A stretch of 64,000 nt of DNA from Candidatus Endomicrobium labiotermitis (lineage in GTDB: Bacteria; Elusimicrobiota; Endomicrobiia; Endomicrobiales; Endomicrobiaceae): assembly GCA_009778965.1 (NCBI GenBank), contig WRFE01000003.1, positions 2,585-66,584 on the forward strand. The letters are read 5' to 3'. The number at the start of each line of letters is the position of its first letter. The stretch's first letter is position 1. Under the pieces are notes generated by a model. The model made no database searches and was not told where the DNA came from. It worked only from the letters and a program-made list of their open reading frames with translations. Shown one piece after another: positions 40,102 through 50,064 of the stretch. Made by a program: the position numbers and the translations under genes.

Positions 40102-41982
40102 ATGAAAAATGGTTTATTTTTTGCTTTAGCTGTTGCTGTTTTCGGACTTGCAAGCTGTACGCACACGGTTGTTCATGAAAGAGTTGTTGAAGCCCAGCCT
40201 TCGGCAGTAAAAAATGTGTCAACAACGCAGTTGATATACGCGGCAGGCACAGGTAATGTTACTGAAGTAAGACGTCTTGTTAATGAAGGGTATGACGTAG
40301 ACGAAGCATATTACGCGTCAGGTTTTGAAGCGACTGCTTTAATGGAAGCCGCGAAAAAGAACCAGTATACAGTAGCGACGTTTTTGGTCAACACTGCGCG
40401 CGCGGATGTTAATATAGACGTTAATGACCAAACGGCTTTAACTATTGCCGTTGGCAGAAATTATTTGTCTATGGTTCAGCTTTTGGTGAACAATCATGCT
40501 GATATTTATAATTACCCTATATTGCAAATGGGCGTGAACAATCCAAACGATGCGAAAGTTTTGGAAGTGCTTGTAAGAGCGGGCGCGGGCAGAAGAGATT
40601 ATGATTATTCGGCCTGGGACGCTGACGAAGCTTTAATTAAAGCGGCGAAGCTAGGCAATAAAGAAGCTGTAAGAGTTTTACTGCAAGCCGGAGCGGACGC
40701 GGGAATGGGCGATGAACAAGGACGCGGACTTGTATTTTATGCCGCGCAGAGAAAAGATGCCGTTCTTTTAGAAGCGGCAGCCCCTTATATTGCCAACGAT
40801 ATTAATACTATTGATATAAACGGTATGACTCCTTTAATGGTCGCGGTACAAAGCGGAAATATTGCGGGAGTAAAATTTTTAGTCGCTAAAGGCGCGTATA
40901 TTAACATACAAGAAGACAGAGGCTATACTGCGATAGATTTTTCAAAAAATATTGATATAACCAACTTTTTAAAAGAAGCGCTTGAAGGACCAAAGAACGA
41001 AATGCCTGTGAATTATGAAGTAAAAAAGACTCAATCCGTAAGAACAGTCGCACAGCCGCAAAACAGAAATGTAAGAACTCCTTCTACTACAAGAGCTCCG
41101 GCTCCAAGAGCAGAAGCCGCTGTTGAGCCTGAGCCGGAACCGGAAGAAGAAGTTGAAATGGTAACTGTTACAGATACAAAAGGCAATGTCAGGCAAATGC
41201 CCGTAAAACAGCCTGCGAAACAGCAGCCTAATAATACTCCCGGAAGAAATACGCCTGCGCAGACAAAACCCGCAGATCCGGCAAAGCCAGCCGAACCGGC
41301 AGTTGTTGAAGAACCGAAGCCTGAACCAGTTGTTGATCCTAAAAATAATAATAATTCAAGACAGCCTGCGCCTGGAGTAAAGCAGCCGCCAACGCCTGCA
41401 AAACAGGCCCCGTCTGTTCCTAACAGAAATACGCCTTCGACGCCTGCAAAACCTGCAGAGCCAGCGAAACCGGCTGAACCGGCAGTTGTAGAAGAGCCAA
41501 AACAAGAGCCGGCGGCTCCGGAAGTAAAACAGCCGTCGACACCTGCTGGCAAGCAGCCGACGCCTGTAAAACAAGCGCCGACTCCTCCTGCAAGAAATAC
41601 GCCTGCGCAGCCTGCAAAGCCGGCAGAACCTGTAAAACCTGCGGAACCAGTTGTTGAGCAGCCAAAACCAGCAGAGCCTGCAAAACCTGCAGCTCCTGCG
41701 GTGAAACAGCCAGCGGCGCCCGCGCCAAAACAACCAGCGGCTCCGGCAAAACCGGCAACTCCTGTAAAACCTACAGCCCCTGTGAAAGACGAAGTGAAGA
41801 AAGTAGAAGAAAAAGTTGTTGAAGAAGTAAAAGAAATTGAAGAAGAAGTAACCAAAGAAGCGGAAAAAGTGGAAGATAAAACTAAAGGCAACAATGCCAA
41901 TACCGGCTATGGACAAACTTCTGACAAAGGCGCCCAGCAGGCTGACAACAGCAGAAAGCCGGGAACCGACAACAAGAAATAA
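40102..41982 (+). CDS. Ankyrin-repeat lipoprotein with long Pro/Ala/Lys-rich repetitive tail
   Basis: Lipobox LASC; ankyrin repeats TALMEAA, TALTIAV, ALIKAAKLG, TPLMVAVQSG; PAKPAEP repeats; RBS before 40102. Confidence 0.88.
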   Translation: MKNGLFFALAVAVFGLASCTHTVVHERVVEAQPSAVKNVSTTQLIYAAGTGNVTEVRRLVNEGYDVDEAYYASGFEATALMEAAKKNQYTVATFLVNTARADVNIDVNDQTALTIAVGRNYLSMVQLLVNNHADIYNYPILQMGVNNPNDAKVLEVLVRAGAGRRDYDYSAWDADEALIKAAKLGNKEAVRVLLQAGADAGMGDEQGRGLVFYAAQRKDAVLLEAAAPYIANDINTIDINGMTPLMVAVQSGNIAGVKFLVAKGAYINIQEDRGYTAIDFSKNIDITNFLKEALEGPKNEMPVNYEVKKTQSVRTVAQPQNRNVRTPSTTRAPAPRAEAAVEPEPEPEEEVEMVTVTDTKGNVRQMPVKQPAKQQPNNTPGRNTPAQTKPADPAKPAEPAVVEEPKPEPVVDPKNNNNSRQPAPGVKQPPTPAKQAPSVPNRNTPSTPAKPAEPAKPAEPAVVEEPKQEPAAPEVKQPSTPAGKQPTPVKQAPTPPARNTPAQPAKPAEPVKPAEPVVEQPKPAEPAKPAAPAVKQPAAPAPKQPAAPAKPATPVKPTAPVKDEVKKVEEKVVEEVKEIEEEVTKEAEKVEDKTKGNNANTGYGQTSDKGAQQADNSRKPGTDNKK

Positions 41983-42016
41983 CCGTGTGTAAAAATTAAC
42001 AATATAAGCAAAGTAG

Positions 42017-42048
42017 AAAAGACCTGAGAAATTCTTCAGGTCTTTTTT
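42017..42048 (+). terminator. Intrinsic terminator
   Basis: aaaagacctga / tcaggtcttttt. Confidence 0.85.
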
Positions 42049-42101
42049 ATTTTGGGTGTTTTTGTTGTTGGTTATTATTGCGGCAGATTCTTTTAAAGTA
42101 T

Positions 42102-42364
42102 GTCATGCTGAACTCTCGTTTCAGCATCCCGTCGTTAAAATATAAACTACATGACCCTGAAACAAGTTCAGGGTGACACTTAGGACACGGAATAGATTGC
42201 GGATTCCCGTGTAAATTGTATAGGGCACTCACATCTCGTGCCCGCCGTTGGCATGCGCTCCTTATTCGTCGCGCAACGGATGGGACAGGCTTGCTTCGCG
42301 ACTGTAATGACGATAATAGAAAAAATGGATTGCTTCTTCGGAAAAATGTTTCCTCATCGCAATG
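42102..42364. repeat. REP cluster between convergent genes
   Basis: gtcatgctgaactctcgtttcagcatc 42102-42128; gaccctgaaacaagttcagggtgac 42153-42177; further gattgc...aatgac units to 42364. Confidence 0.82.
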
Positions 42365-42385
42365 ACATTAACGACGGTTTTATTT

Positions 42386-43069
42386 TTAACTCTTAACTGC
42401 TTTCACGCCGACTTTTCTGAATGCGCCTTCGCCTTCGGAAAAGGTTTCTACTTTGGAGTTGTTTTCAAGATAAGTGTGTATTATTTTTCTTTCTTTTGCG
42501 CCCATAGGATCGAAACGGTAAATTTTACCTGTGCGAATAACATATTCCACGGCTTTATCAGCTAAGATTTTCAGTTTTTCGGTTTGTTTTATTCTGTAAT
42601 TTTCGCAGTCAATGTTTACCTTTATTTTAAAAGCCGAATCGTTGTTTGCGATAATTTGAATTATATATTCCAAAGCGTCTAAAGTCTGGCCGTTTTTGCC
42701 TATAATAAAACTTCCGTTGCTTGCGGAAACCTGGGCGTTTACGGTTTTGTTTTCATAAGATGAACTGATTTCTTTAAACTCAATGCCCATGTTATTTAAA
42801 ATATTTTTTAAAATAGTTTCAACATTTTCGCGAATCTTTTTTACGTCGGCTTCGCTTTCTTTTTCACTGATCTGAACTTGCTCAGAGCATTTTGAAGAAC
42901 TTACGGAAATCAAAACTCTTGCCGGTTTCGCGCCCATAAGCCCGAACAGTCCGCTTGAACCTTCATCAAGAATTTTTATTTCAGCGTCTTTTCTTTCACA
43001 GCCCAGCTGAGCAAGCCCTTTATTTATTGCTTCTTCTATTGTCTTTCCCGTAATTTCTATTTCAGGCAC
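42386..43069 (-). CDS. jag: Jag/EloR/KhpB RNA-binding protein
   Basis: GKTIEEAI, GLFG, KH domain IIGKNGQTLDAL, R3H-like ERKIIH. Confidence 0.95.
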   Translation of the reverse strand: MPEIEITGKTIEEAINKGLAQLGCERKDAEIKILDEGSSGLFGLMGAKPARVLISVSSSKCSEQVQISEKESEADVKKIRENVETILKNILNNMGIEFKEISSSYENKTVNAQVSASNGSFIIGKNGQTLDALEYIIQIIANNDSAFKIKVNIDCENYRIKQTEKLKILADKAVEYVIRTGKIYRFDPMGAKERKIIHTYLENNSKVETFSEGEGAFRKVGVKAVKS

Positions 43070-44642
43070 GATTCACTCCCGAGAGTTGTACTCTTTCTTT
43101 ATCTTTTTTTAGTACAAAATATTGCAAGCCCATTGAGAACACGCTGTTTGTAAGCCAGTAGAGGACAAGTCCGGACGGGAATGTCCAAAACAAGAACGTG
43201 AAAATTATAGGCATTAAATACATTATTCTTCTTTGCATCGGGTCGGAAGATACCGCCGTCATTTTTTGCTGTAAAAACATCCCTAAGCCCATTATCAAAG
43301 GAAGCAGGTTTATAGTTAAAAATCCCAAATCCATGAATTGGTCAGGAGCGGATAAATCTTTTACCCACAAAATCCAGGGCTCGTTTCTAAGTTCATAAGC
43401 GTTTCTGAGCATTGAGAAAAACGCCCAGAAAATAGGCAATTGCAAAATCATAGGAAGACAGCCGCCCAAAGGATTAACTTTTTGCGTTTTGTAAATGTTT
43501 AACATTTCAGCCTGCAGTCTTTTCGGGTCGCCTTTGAATTTGTCCTGAATTTCTTTTATCATCGGCTGAACGCGTTTCATAGCAGCCATGGCCTTGTAGC
43601 TTTTTAAAGATAAAGGCATAACTATAATCTGAATTATTATAGTGAGCATTATTATTGCCCAGCCGTAATTATGGGTAATTTTATAAAAATACGATAAAAC
43701 CGCAAGTGCCCATTTGCCTAAAAAGCCGAACATGCTGAAATCCACGGCTGATTCAAGGCCTATATTGAATGTTCTTAAAAAGGTAAAGCCTTTAGGACCT
43801 ATGTAGAAGTCCACCGAATAATCTTTTGACGCATTATCTGCAGGTGTTATGGCATTTATATGCAGCGAAAAAGGATGTTTTTTGCTTTGGCGCGACGGCG
43901 TAATTTGGTCAAAATCGATTGATTTTTCAGGTATAAACGCGGCAAGGAAATATCTGTTGTCTATTGCCGCCCATCTGAAAAGCCCGAAAGGTTCAGGCTC
44001 TTTTTTTAAGACTTTCAGCTTTCCGGGTTTTGTCGCGGTAAAAGCGATTATTCTTGTAACGGACGTATTTTCTTTCATCTCTTTCGCGTCTGTGCCAAGT
44101 CCGGGTCCCCAGTCAAGTTCTATGTTCGGGAGCTTCACTTCTTCTTTGGTTCTTGCAAGAGCTATATTAAGGTTGTGCATGAATGAATCTTGCGATAAAG
44201 TGTAGGTTTTTGTTATTTTCCAGCCTTGCGCCGAAGCGTATTCAAAAACAACTTTTTCATTGGATTTTGAAACGATTTTATAGTTTGCGCCGGGAAAATT
44301 TGCCATCATTGGAGCTGCGCCGGGCAATACTAAATCTACCCATTCTCCGTTTCTTTCTTTAATAGACCATTGTATTACAGCCGCGCCTCTGTTTGAAAGC
44401 GTAGCTCTGTATCTGGCGGTTTCAATATTTATTGTCTCTTCCTGAACAAAACCGCCATCCGATTCTTTTATTATTGAAACGGATTCCGCTGCGTTTGCTG
44501 CAGATTGGGCAGTCTGTGTTTGGACTGTTTGCGTTTGTCCGGGCTGATTTTGTTCCGGATTAGGCTTTGGAGCCGCGAAATAGTAATATACAAGAAGCGT
44601 CATCGCGGAAAAAACTAAAAATAACATCGAATTTTTGTTCAT
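43062..44642 (-). CDS. yidC: Membrane protein insertase YidC
   Basis: NYGWAII.LT, NPLGGCLP, LSAPD; position after yidD. Confidence 0.97.
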   Translation of the reverse strand: MNKNSMLFLVFSAMTLLVYYYFAAPKPNPEQNQPGQTQTVQTQTAQSAANAAESVSIIKESDGGFVQEETINIETARYRATLSNRGAAVIQWSIKERNGEWVDLVLPGAAPMMANFPGANYKIVSKSNEKVVFEYASAQGWKITKTYTLSQDSFMHNLNIALARTKEEVKLPNIELDWGPGLGTDAKEMKENTSVTRIIAFTATKPGKLKVLKKEPEPFGLFRWAAIDNRYFLAAFIPEKSIDFDQITPSRQSKKHPFSLHINAITPADNASKDYSVDFYIGPKGFTFLRTFNIGLESAVDFSMFGFLGKWALAVLSYFYKITHNYGWAIIMLTIIIQIIVMPLSLKSYKAMAAMKRVQPMIKEIQDKFKGDPKRLQAEMLNIYKTQKVNPLGGCLPMILQLPIFWAFFSMLRNAYELRNEPWILWVKDLSAPDQFMDLGFLTINLLPLIMGLGMFLQQKMTAVSSDPMQRRIMYLMPIIFTFLFWTFPSGLVLYWLTNSVFSMGLQYFVLKKDKERVQLSGVNRA

Positions 44643-44780
44643 TTGAAATCCTTTTTTAACTACAGATTAAAGAGTTTAAAGTGAAGAGTTAAGATACTGA
44701 GTTTTCGCAAAGCGAAAACTAATTAGTTAGATTTCGGCTTAGCCGAAATTCAATATCTCCACTCTTAATCTTTTCAATCT

Positions 44781-44999
44781 TCACTCTGTCTTTTGTGGTA
44801 CCGGATCTTCGCCGCCTTTGCAAAAAGGGTGACAGCGTATAATCCGTTTAAACGCTAAAAATATTCCTTTAAAAAAACCGTGAATTTCTATTGCCTGATA
44901 AGCGTAAGCGGAACAACTCGGCGTGAACCTGCATCTTGGAGGAAGAGTTGATGATACTGCCTGGTAACATCTTATCAAAAAAAGCGCGGTCCGTTTCAT
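44781..44999 (-). CDS. yidD: Membrane protein insertion efficiency factor YidD
   Basis: CRFTPSCSAY, RIIRCHPF..GG.DPVP. Confidence 0.95.
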   Translation of the reverse strand: MKRTALFLIRCYQAVSSTLPPRCRFTPSCSAYAYQAIEIHGFFKGIFLAFKRIIRCHPFCKGGEDPVPQKTE

Positions 45000-45367
45000 A
45001 ATTGTTCTGATTTGTCTTTATAAAAACCCGCGCTTTCAAGAAGCTCTAAAACTGTTTTTTTCAAGTCGCTGTAATCCGATGATGCGGTTTGAGGTTTGGA
45101 AATGAAAATCAAATCCAAGCCGGGTTCCAACAAATGCTTATGGGTTCTAAAAATTTCCCGTAACCTTCTTTTTGTTCTGTTTCTTTCAACGGCAGTCCCG
45201 ACTTTTCGGGAAGTCACAAGACCTAATCGCTTTAAATAAAGACCGTCATTCTTATATGCCAGAATTTTTATCTTTTTATCTTCGAGCCTGCGCCCGAGTT
45301 TAAAAACTTTTTTAAAGTCTTTCTGCAGATGAAGCTTTTCGCGATAAGAAAAAGAAAACTGTTTCAT
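44996..45367 (-). CDS. rnpA: Ribonuclease P protein component
   Basis: RLGLVTSRKVGTAVERNRTKRRLRE. Confidence 0.96.
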   Translation of the reverse strand: MKQFSFSYREKLHLQKDFKKVFKLGRRLEDKKIKILAYKNDGLYLKRLGLVTSRKVGTAVERNRTKRRLREIFRTHKHLLEPGLDLIFISKPQTASSDYSDLKKTVLELLESAGFYKDKSEQL

Positions 45368-45370
45368 TTT

Positions 45371-45462
45371 AGACGATGAGATGTTGAGAAGTTAAGATGT
45401 TGAGAGGAGCTCTGGTTGTTAAAGCCGTTGCCGTTACTCATCTTCCCTTCTGCCCACCTTCT
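45371..45462. repeat. Heptamer-tract hairpin element; related copies at 45687-45780 and about 58113-58198
   Basis: Purine-rich gatgagatgttgag arms with pyrimidine counterparts; 39-nt core 33/39 identical between the two copies flanking rpmH. Confidence 0.75.
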
Positions 45463-45466
45463 GTAG

Positions 45467-45601
45467 TTACGCGCTTAAAGTTTTTCTGCCTTTTCTTCTG
45501 CGCGCGCTCAATACTCTTCTTCCGCCCGGCGTCGCCATTCTCGCCATAAAGCCGATTTTCTTTTTTCTTCTGTCTTTGTTTGGTTGGAACGTTCTTCTCA
45601 T
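45467..45601 (-). CDS. rpmH: 50S ribosomal protein L34 (44 aa; absent from the ORF track)
   Basis: Hand translation [44 protein letters not shown]. Confidence 0.98.
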   Translation of the reverse strand: MRRTFQPNKDRRKKKIGFMARMATPGGRRVLSARRRKGRKTLSA

Positions 45602-45795
45602 TTTTTAAGTCCTTTTTTTCTATTGAGGCTTTGCCTCTTTTTTGGTATTATATCTAAATTGCCGTTTGACTGTCAAACGCAAACGGCAGAAGGTGAGATG
45701 ATGAGAGGTTGAGAGAAGCTCCGGCTGCTTAAGCCGTTGCAGTTGCTCATCTTCCCAACATCCCATCTTCTCATCGTCTATATATAAGGGATTTT

Positions 45796-47091
45796 ATGAA
45801 AAAGATTTTTGGCGTGTTGCTGCTTATGATAATTGCTGTTGCTTATGCGGCGGCGGAAACAAAATTAACTTATGACGGTCTTGCGCGCGGACGTTACGAA
45901 TACCATTCAAATCTTATAGACGCGGGTTATACAGGTAAAGATGAAAAAAGTTTTTTCAGGTTTAAATTTCTCGCGGGTATTACTGCTGATTTTGACGAAT
46001 GGGTGTCCGCTTGTTTCAGAATGGGTACAGAAAGCCGTTCTTTTATATACAATGCAGGCGGCAGTACCGAATATAATGTCAACGAATTTTTTATAGACAA
46101 TTTGTATGTAAAAATTCCTTATTTTATGGATGTTTTGGAATTAAAAGCAGGAAGAATGGATTTGCCGATTTCGGAATACGGCGAAGGTTTTTTGATAGCC
46201 GACGGTACTCCCTTAGACGGCTCCAGAACTTGGTACTTTAACGCGATTAAAGCTAAATTTCTTCTAGGTGAAAATAAAACAAGCACCGTTGAATTTATAG
46301 GAATATACAATCCGCGCGTTGATGATGTTTTGCCCGTGATAAACCAAAACACGCCGCCCACGCCTTTAAACGATTCGCTGGAAACCGGATTTGTAGTTTA
46401 CGGAAGAACCGGCGATAAAGATAAGTTGTATTTTGAACCTTATTATATGTATAAACACGAAGACGCCGCCCAAGGCGGACGTCTTGAAGAGGATGTTCAT
46501 ACGTTTGGTTCTTATATGAAATACACGTTAAACGATGTTGCCGTTTTGCGCTGTCAGGGAGCAATGCAGATAAACAATTACGGCAGGGAAATAAATACTG
46601 CTTTTGGCGGATACGTTTTTACAGATTTTTCTTTGGGAATGCTTAACCCGCTTTCAATAGGATATGCTTATCTTTCCGGAAATGATCCGGACACCCTAGG
46701 CGCGGAAGGCTGGAATCCGTTATTTTCCCGTTATCCGTGGATGTCGGAAGCGGTAGGTTATTTATATAGATACGAGTCAGGTCTTTTGTATTGGACGAAC
46801 TTGCAAATATGTAAAGCGGATTTAAACATTTCTCTCAGCAAAGAATTGAAAATTCTTTTGTCCGGCGCTTTGCTTTATGCAAATGAAACCGTTGATAACG
46901 CGTCTGCTATATATCCGATGTTTGGCGAAGGCAAAAACAGAGGAACTCTGGCAGGGGCAAAAGTTTCTTATGTCTTTTCAAAATATGTAAGCTCTTATAT
47001 TTTGTGCGAATATTTTAAACCCGGCGATTTTTATTTTAGCAAAGCGAAAGACTTGGTTTTTGCAAGAATAGAATTGGCTGCTAAATTGTAA
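45796..47091 (+). CDS. Outer-membrane beta-barrel, alginate-export-like, 431 aa
   Basis: Signal peptide; alternating aromatic beta strands; LKAGRMDL..YGEGFLI; GYAYLSG.D; ends in RIELAAKL. Confidence 0.7.
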   Translation: MKKIFGVLLLMIIAVAYAAAETKLTYDGLARGRYEYHSNLIDAGYTGKDEKSFFRFKFLAGITADFDEWVSACFRMGTESRSFIYNAGGSTEYNVNEFFIDNLYVKIPYFMDVLELKAGRMDLPISEYGEGFLIADGTPLDGSRTWYFNAIKAKFLLGENKTSTVEFIGIYNPRVDDVLPVINQNTPPTPLNDSLETGFVVYGRTGDKDKLYFEPYYMYKHEDAAQGGRLEEDVHTFGSYMKYTLNDVAVLRCQGAMQINNYGREINTAFGGYVFTDFSLGMLNPLSIGYAYLSGNDPDTLGAEGWNPLFSRYPWMSEAVGYLYRYESGLLYWTNLQICKADLNISLSKELKILLSGALLYANETVDNASAIYPMFGEGKNRGTLAGAKVSYVFSKYVSSYILCEYFKPGDFYFSKAKDLVFARIELAAKL

Positions 47092-47214
47092 AACCCTATT
47101 TCTTGATCCGCAATCTATGATTTACGACGAGATTGCGGCTCAAAGTCCGCAATGACGACACAGAAATGCAGATTTTTAGAGAAACTAAATTAAATATCCG
47201 ACAGGAGAAAAATT

Positions 47215-47607
47215 ATGAAAAAAATATTATTTTTGTTTGTGGCGGCTTTAATGCTTGCAGGTCTTTCTTCTTGCGATAATAATATTTTATATCCGGTTAA
47301 CAGGGTTGAAATACATGACGCTGCCGGAAATAAACTGCCCGCTTATAAACCGGGCGGATTTCCCGTTGCGTCATTTGTTCAGCTTAATGCGGTGTTTTTA
47401 AATTCCAAAAATGAATCTTTGGAAGTTTCTAATCCCGAAGAGATTTTATGGACTATGAGCAACGGACAAGATTCGTGGTTTTTGCCGACAAATGCAGGAT
47501 ATGAAGTTTATTTTAATCCTCCGGCAGAGGCAGCTGGCCCAGATATGCTTTATATGAAAGTTGAATACAGAGAGTTTTCCGCGATTGTAAATTTTGCATT
47601 AAATTAA
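47215..47607 (+). CDS. Hypothetical lipoprotein, 130 aa
   Basis: Lipobox LSSC; RBS aggag. Confidence 0.75.
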   Translation: MKKILFLFVAALMLAGLSSCDNNILYPVNRVEIHDAAGNKLPAYKPGGFPVASFVQLNAVFLNSKNESLEVSNPEEILWTMSNGQDSWFLPTNAGYEVYFNPPAEAAGPDMLYMKVEYREFSAIVNFALN

Positions 47608-47620
47608 TTTTTTCGTTTTA

Positions 47621-47814
47621 TTTATTCAAGCGCTGAGCGCTACTGTGTCTGTCATTCCCGAAATCCGTTATCGGGAATCCATTTTGTATTTAACTTGGAT
47701 CCCCGATTTAGGCATTCGGGGATGACAAAAGAAAGGATTTAAATCCGCTTTTGTCAATTTCTAATTCATAGACCGCGCTAATGCGCTTTCCATAAACAAA
47801 ACCGGGTATTTAAC
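47621..47814. repeat. Modular repeat whose two end modules recur inverted at 55748-55920
   Basis: tttattcaagcgcYgagcRc (47621-47640 / rc 55901-55920) and ctaattcatagacYgcgctaatgc...accggg (47761-47814 / rc 55748-55801). Confidence 0.75.
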
Positions 47815-47857
47815 TACAACGACAAAAAATAAAAAATATAAATATACAGGAGAAGCA

Positions 47858-49576
47858 ATGAAAACAACACTGTTATTGTCAGGCGATGAAGCAATCGCTC
47901 GCGGCGCTTACGAAGCGGGATTAAAAGTGGCGGCGGCTTATCCGGGAACGCCTTCCACGGAAATTTTAGAGTATGTGTCGCAGTTTCCCGAAGTTGACGC
48001 CCAATGGGCAGTTAACGAAAAAACTTCTTATGAAGTAGCTTTAGGAGCTTCAATCGCGGGCGTAAGAAGTATGTATTCGTCAAAGCATGTGGGTTTAAAC
48101 GTAGCGATGGATCCTTTAATGACATCCATATATTCGGGAATTACCGGCGGTTTTATTGTTGTGGTTGCCGACGATCCGCAGATGGCCTCTTCCCAAAACG
48201 AGCAGGACTGCAGACTTCTTGCGAAATTTGCAAAAATGCCTATGCTTGAACCTTCTAGCCCGAGCGAAGCATATACAATGACAAAAATGGCGTTTGATTT
48301 AAGCGAAAAGTTTGACACGCCCGTGATGATACGTATTACTACGCGCGTGGCGCACACAAAAGAAAATGTTGAAATCGGCGAAAGAGTAGAAGTTGCGGAT
48401 AAACCATTTGTGCCTAATGCGCCGAAATACGTTATGGCGCCGGGATTCGCGTATAAAAAGCATATAGCGCTTGAAGCAAAACTTTTAGAAATGGCGAAAT
48501 ATGCCGATGAATCGGAATTAAATACCATTGAAATAAACGATAAATCCATGGGTATTATAACCGATGGCGTTGCTTATCTATATGTTAAAGAGGCGTTTCC
48601 GAATGCCTCTGTTTTAAAATTAGGTTTTACCTATCCTTTTCCTGACGAAAAAATAAAAGAATTCGCAAAACAGGTAAAAGACCTCTTTGTTATAGAAGAA
48701 CTTGAGCCGTTTATTGAAGAGCATGTTAAACAATTAGGCATACCCGTAAAAAGCAAAGATATTTCCTACAGAATAGGGGAATTAAACCCGACATTAGTTA
48801 AAGAAATAATTGAAGGCAAAACAAAAGTTGAAAAGCCCGCTAATTCCAGAAAGCCTGTTATGTGTCCGGGATGTTCGCACCGTCCGGTATTTTATGCTTT
48901 GAAAAAACTTGGCGTAATAGTTTCCGGTGATATCGGTTGTTATACTCTTGGGGCGTTAAAGCCTTTGGAAGCGCTGCACACGACTATATGTATGGGCGCG
49001 GGTGTTACTGTTTTTGCAAGTATGTCAAAAATTTTGGGAAGCAATAAAGTTGTCGGAGTTGTCGGCGATTCGACTTTTGTCCATTCGGGAATAGAAGGTT
49101 TAATAGACGCGGCATATAACGGCACTAAAGGTCTTCTTTTGGTTTTAGATAACGGAACGACAGGCATGACAGGCGCCCAGCATAATCCTTCGACGGGCAT
49201 TAACGCTAAAGGCGAAAAAACAAAAAAACTCAGCCTTGAAGAAATCAGCAAAGCTTCGGGCGCTGACATTGTTGAAGTAATAGACGCTTTTGCGGATAAT
49301 CTCCAGGATAAAATTAAAGAATTAATGAACAAAGACGCGCTGTCGGTTTTAATAGTGAGATATCCGTGCAGAATGATTGACAGAACAAAGAAGCCTTTGC
49401 CGGTATTTGATTCAAGCAAATGCAAAAATTGTAATGCGTGTCTTGTCGTGGATTGTCCAGCCATATCCAAAAACAAAGAGAATAAAATAGCTTTAGACGA
49501 ATATTTATGCGTCGGATGCGACGTATGCGTAAAGACCTGCAAATTCGGAGCGTTAACGAAAAGAGGTAACGAATAA
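47858..49576 (+). CDS. iorA: Indolepyruvate:ferredoxin oxidoreductase alpha subunit
   Basis: GDEAIARGA, YPGTPSTEI, KHVGLNVA, CPGCSHR, GDIGCY, GDSTFVHSG; C-terminal 2x[4Fe-4S]. Confidence 0.95.
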   Translation: MKTTLLLSGDEAIARGAYEAGLKVAAAYPGTPSTEILEYVSQFPEVDAQWAVNEKTSYEVALGASIAGVRSMYSSKHVGLNVAMDPLMTSIYSGITGGFIVVVADDPQMASSQNEQDCRLLAKFAKMPMLEPSSPSEAYTMTKMAFDLSEKFDTPVMIRITTRVAHTKENVEIGERVEVADKPFVPNAPKYVMAPGFAYKKHIALEAKLLEMAKYADESELNTIEINDKSMGIITDGVAYLYVKEAFPNASVLKLGFTYPFPDEKIKEFAKQVKDLFVIEELEPFIEEHVKQLGIPVKSKDISYRIGELNPTLVKEIIEGKTKVEKPANSRKPVMCPGCSHRPVFYALKKLGVIVSGDIGCYTLGALKPLEALHTTICMGAGVTVFASMSKILGSNKVVGVVGDSTFVHSGIEGLIDAAYNGTKGLLLVLDNGTTGMTGAQHNPSTGINAKGEKTKKLSLEEISKASGADIVEVIDAFADNLQDKIKELMNKDALSVLIVRYPCRMIDRTKKPLPVFDSSKCKNCNACLVVDCPAISKNKENKIALDEYLCVGCDVCVKTCKFGALTKRGNE

Positions 49577-50055
49577 TGGATAAAAAAATTACAAATATTT
49601 TGTTTTGCGGTACCGGCGGACAGGGCGTTTTGACAGCTTCGGAAATAGCCTCGCTTGCTGCAATGTATGACGGATTTCATGTTAAAAAATCAGAAGTTCA
49701 CGGAATGGCGCAGCGCGGCGGTTCTGTAGAATCGCATGTTCGTTTCGGGGAAAATGTGTCATCTCCTTTAATGGAAGCAGGGCAGGCGGATTTTTTAGTT
49801 CCGTTTTATAAAGACGAACACGACAGACTGATTTCATATCTTTCCAAAGACGGAAAAGATTTAGTCGACGATTTGGAGCAGGCGCATCTTAAATGCGAAA
49901 ACAAAAAATTTGTAAACACTTATATGCTTGGCAGGCTTTCAAAATATCTAAACGTATCGGAAGCAAGCTGGCTGAAAGCGCTGGAAGTCGGTTTTAAAGG
50001 CAGATTTGTCGAAGAAAACCGTAAAGTTTTTCTGGATGCAAGAAACGATAAATAA
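49576..50055 (+). CDS. iorB: Indolepyruvate:ferredoxin oxidoreductase beta subunit (short, 159 aa)
   Basis: GTGGQGVL, SEVHGMAQRGGSVESHVRFG. Confidence 0.93.
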   Translation: MDKKITNILFCGTGGQGVLTASEIASLAAMYDGFHVKKSEVHGMAQRGGSVESHVRFGENVSSPLMEAGQADFLVPFYKDEHDRLISYLSKDGKDLVDDLEQAHLKCENKKFVNTYMLGRLSKYLNVSEASWLKALEVGFKGRFVEENRKVFLDARNDK

Positions 50056-50064
50056 GAGGAAAAT

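Noticed and set aside
41031-41916. Long antisense ORFs (289, 186 and 112 aa)
   Set aside because: Shadows of the low-complexity PAKP repeat tail; no RBS and no meaningful composition
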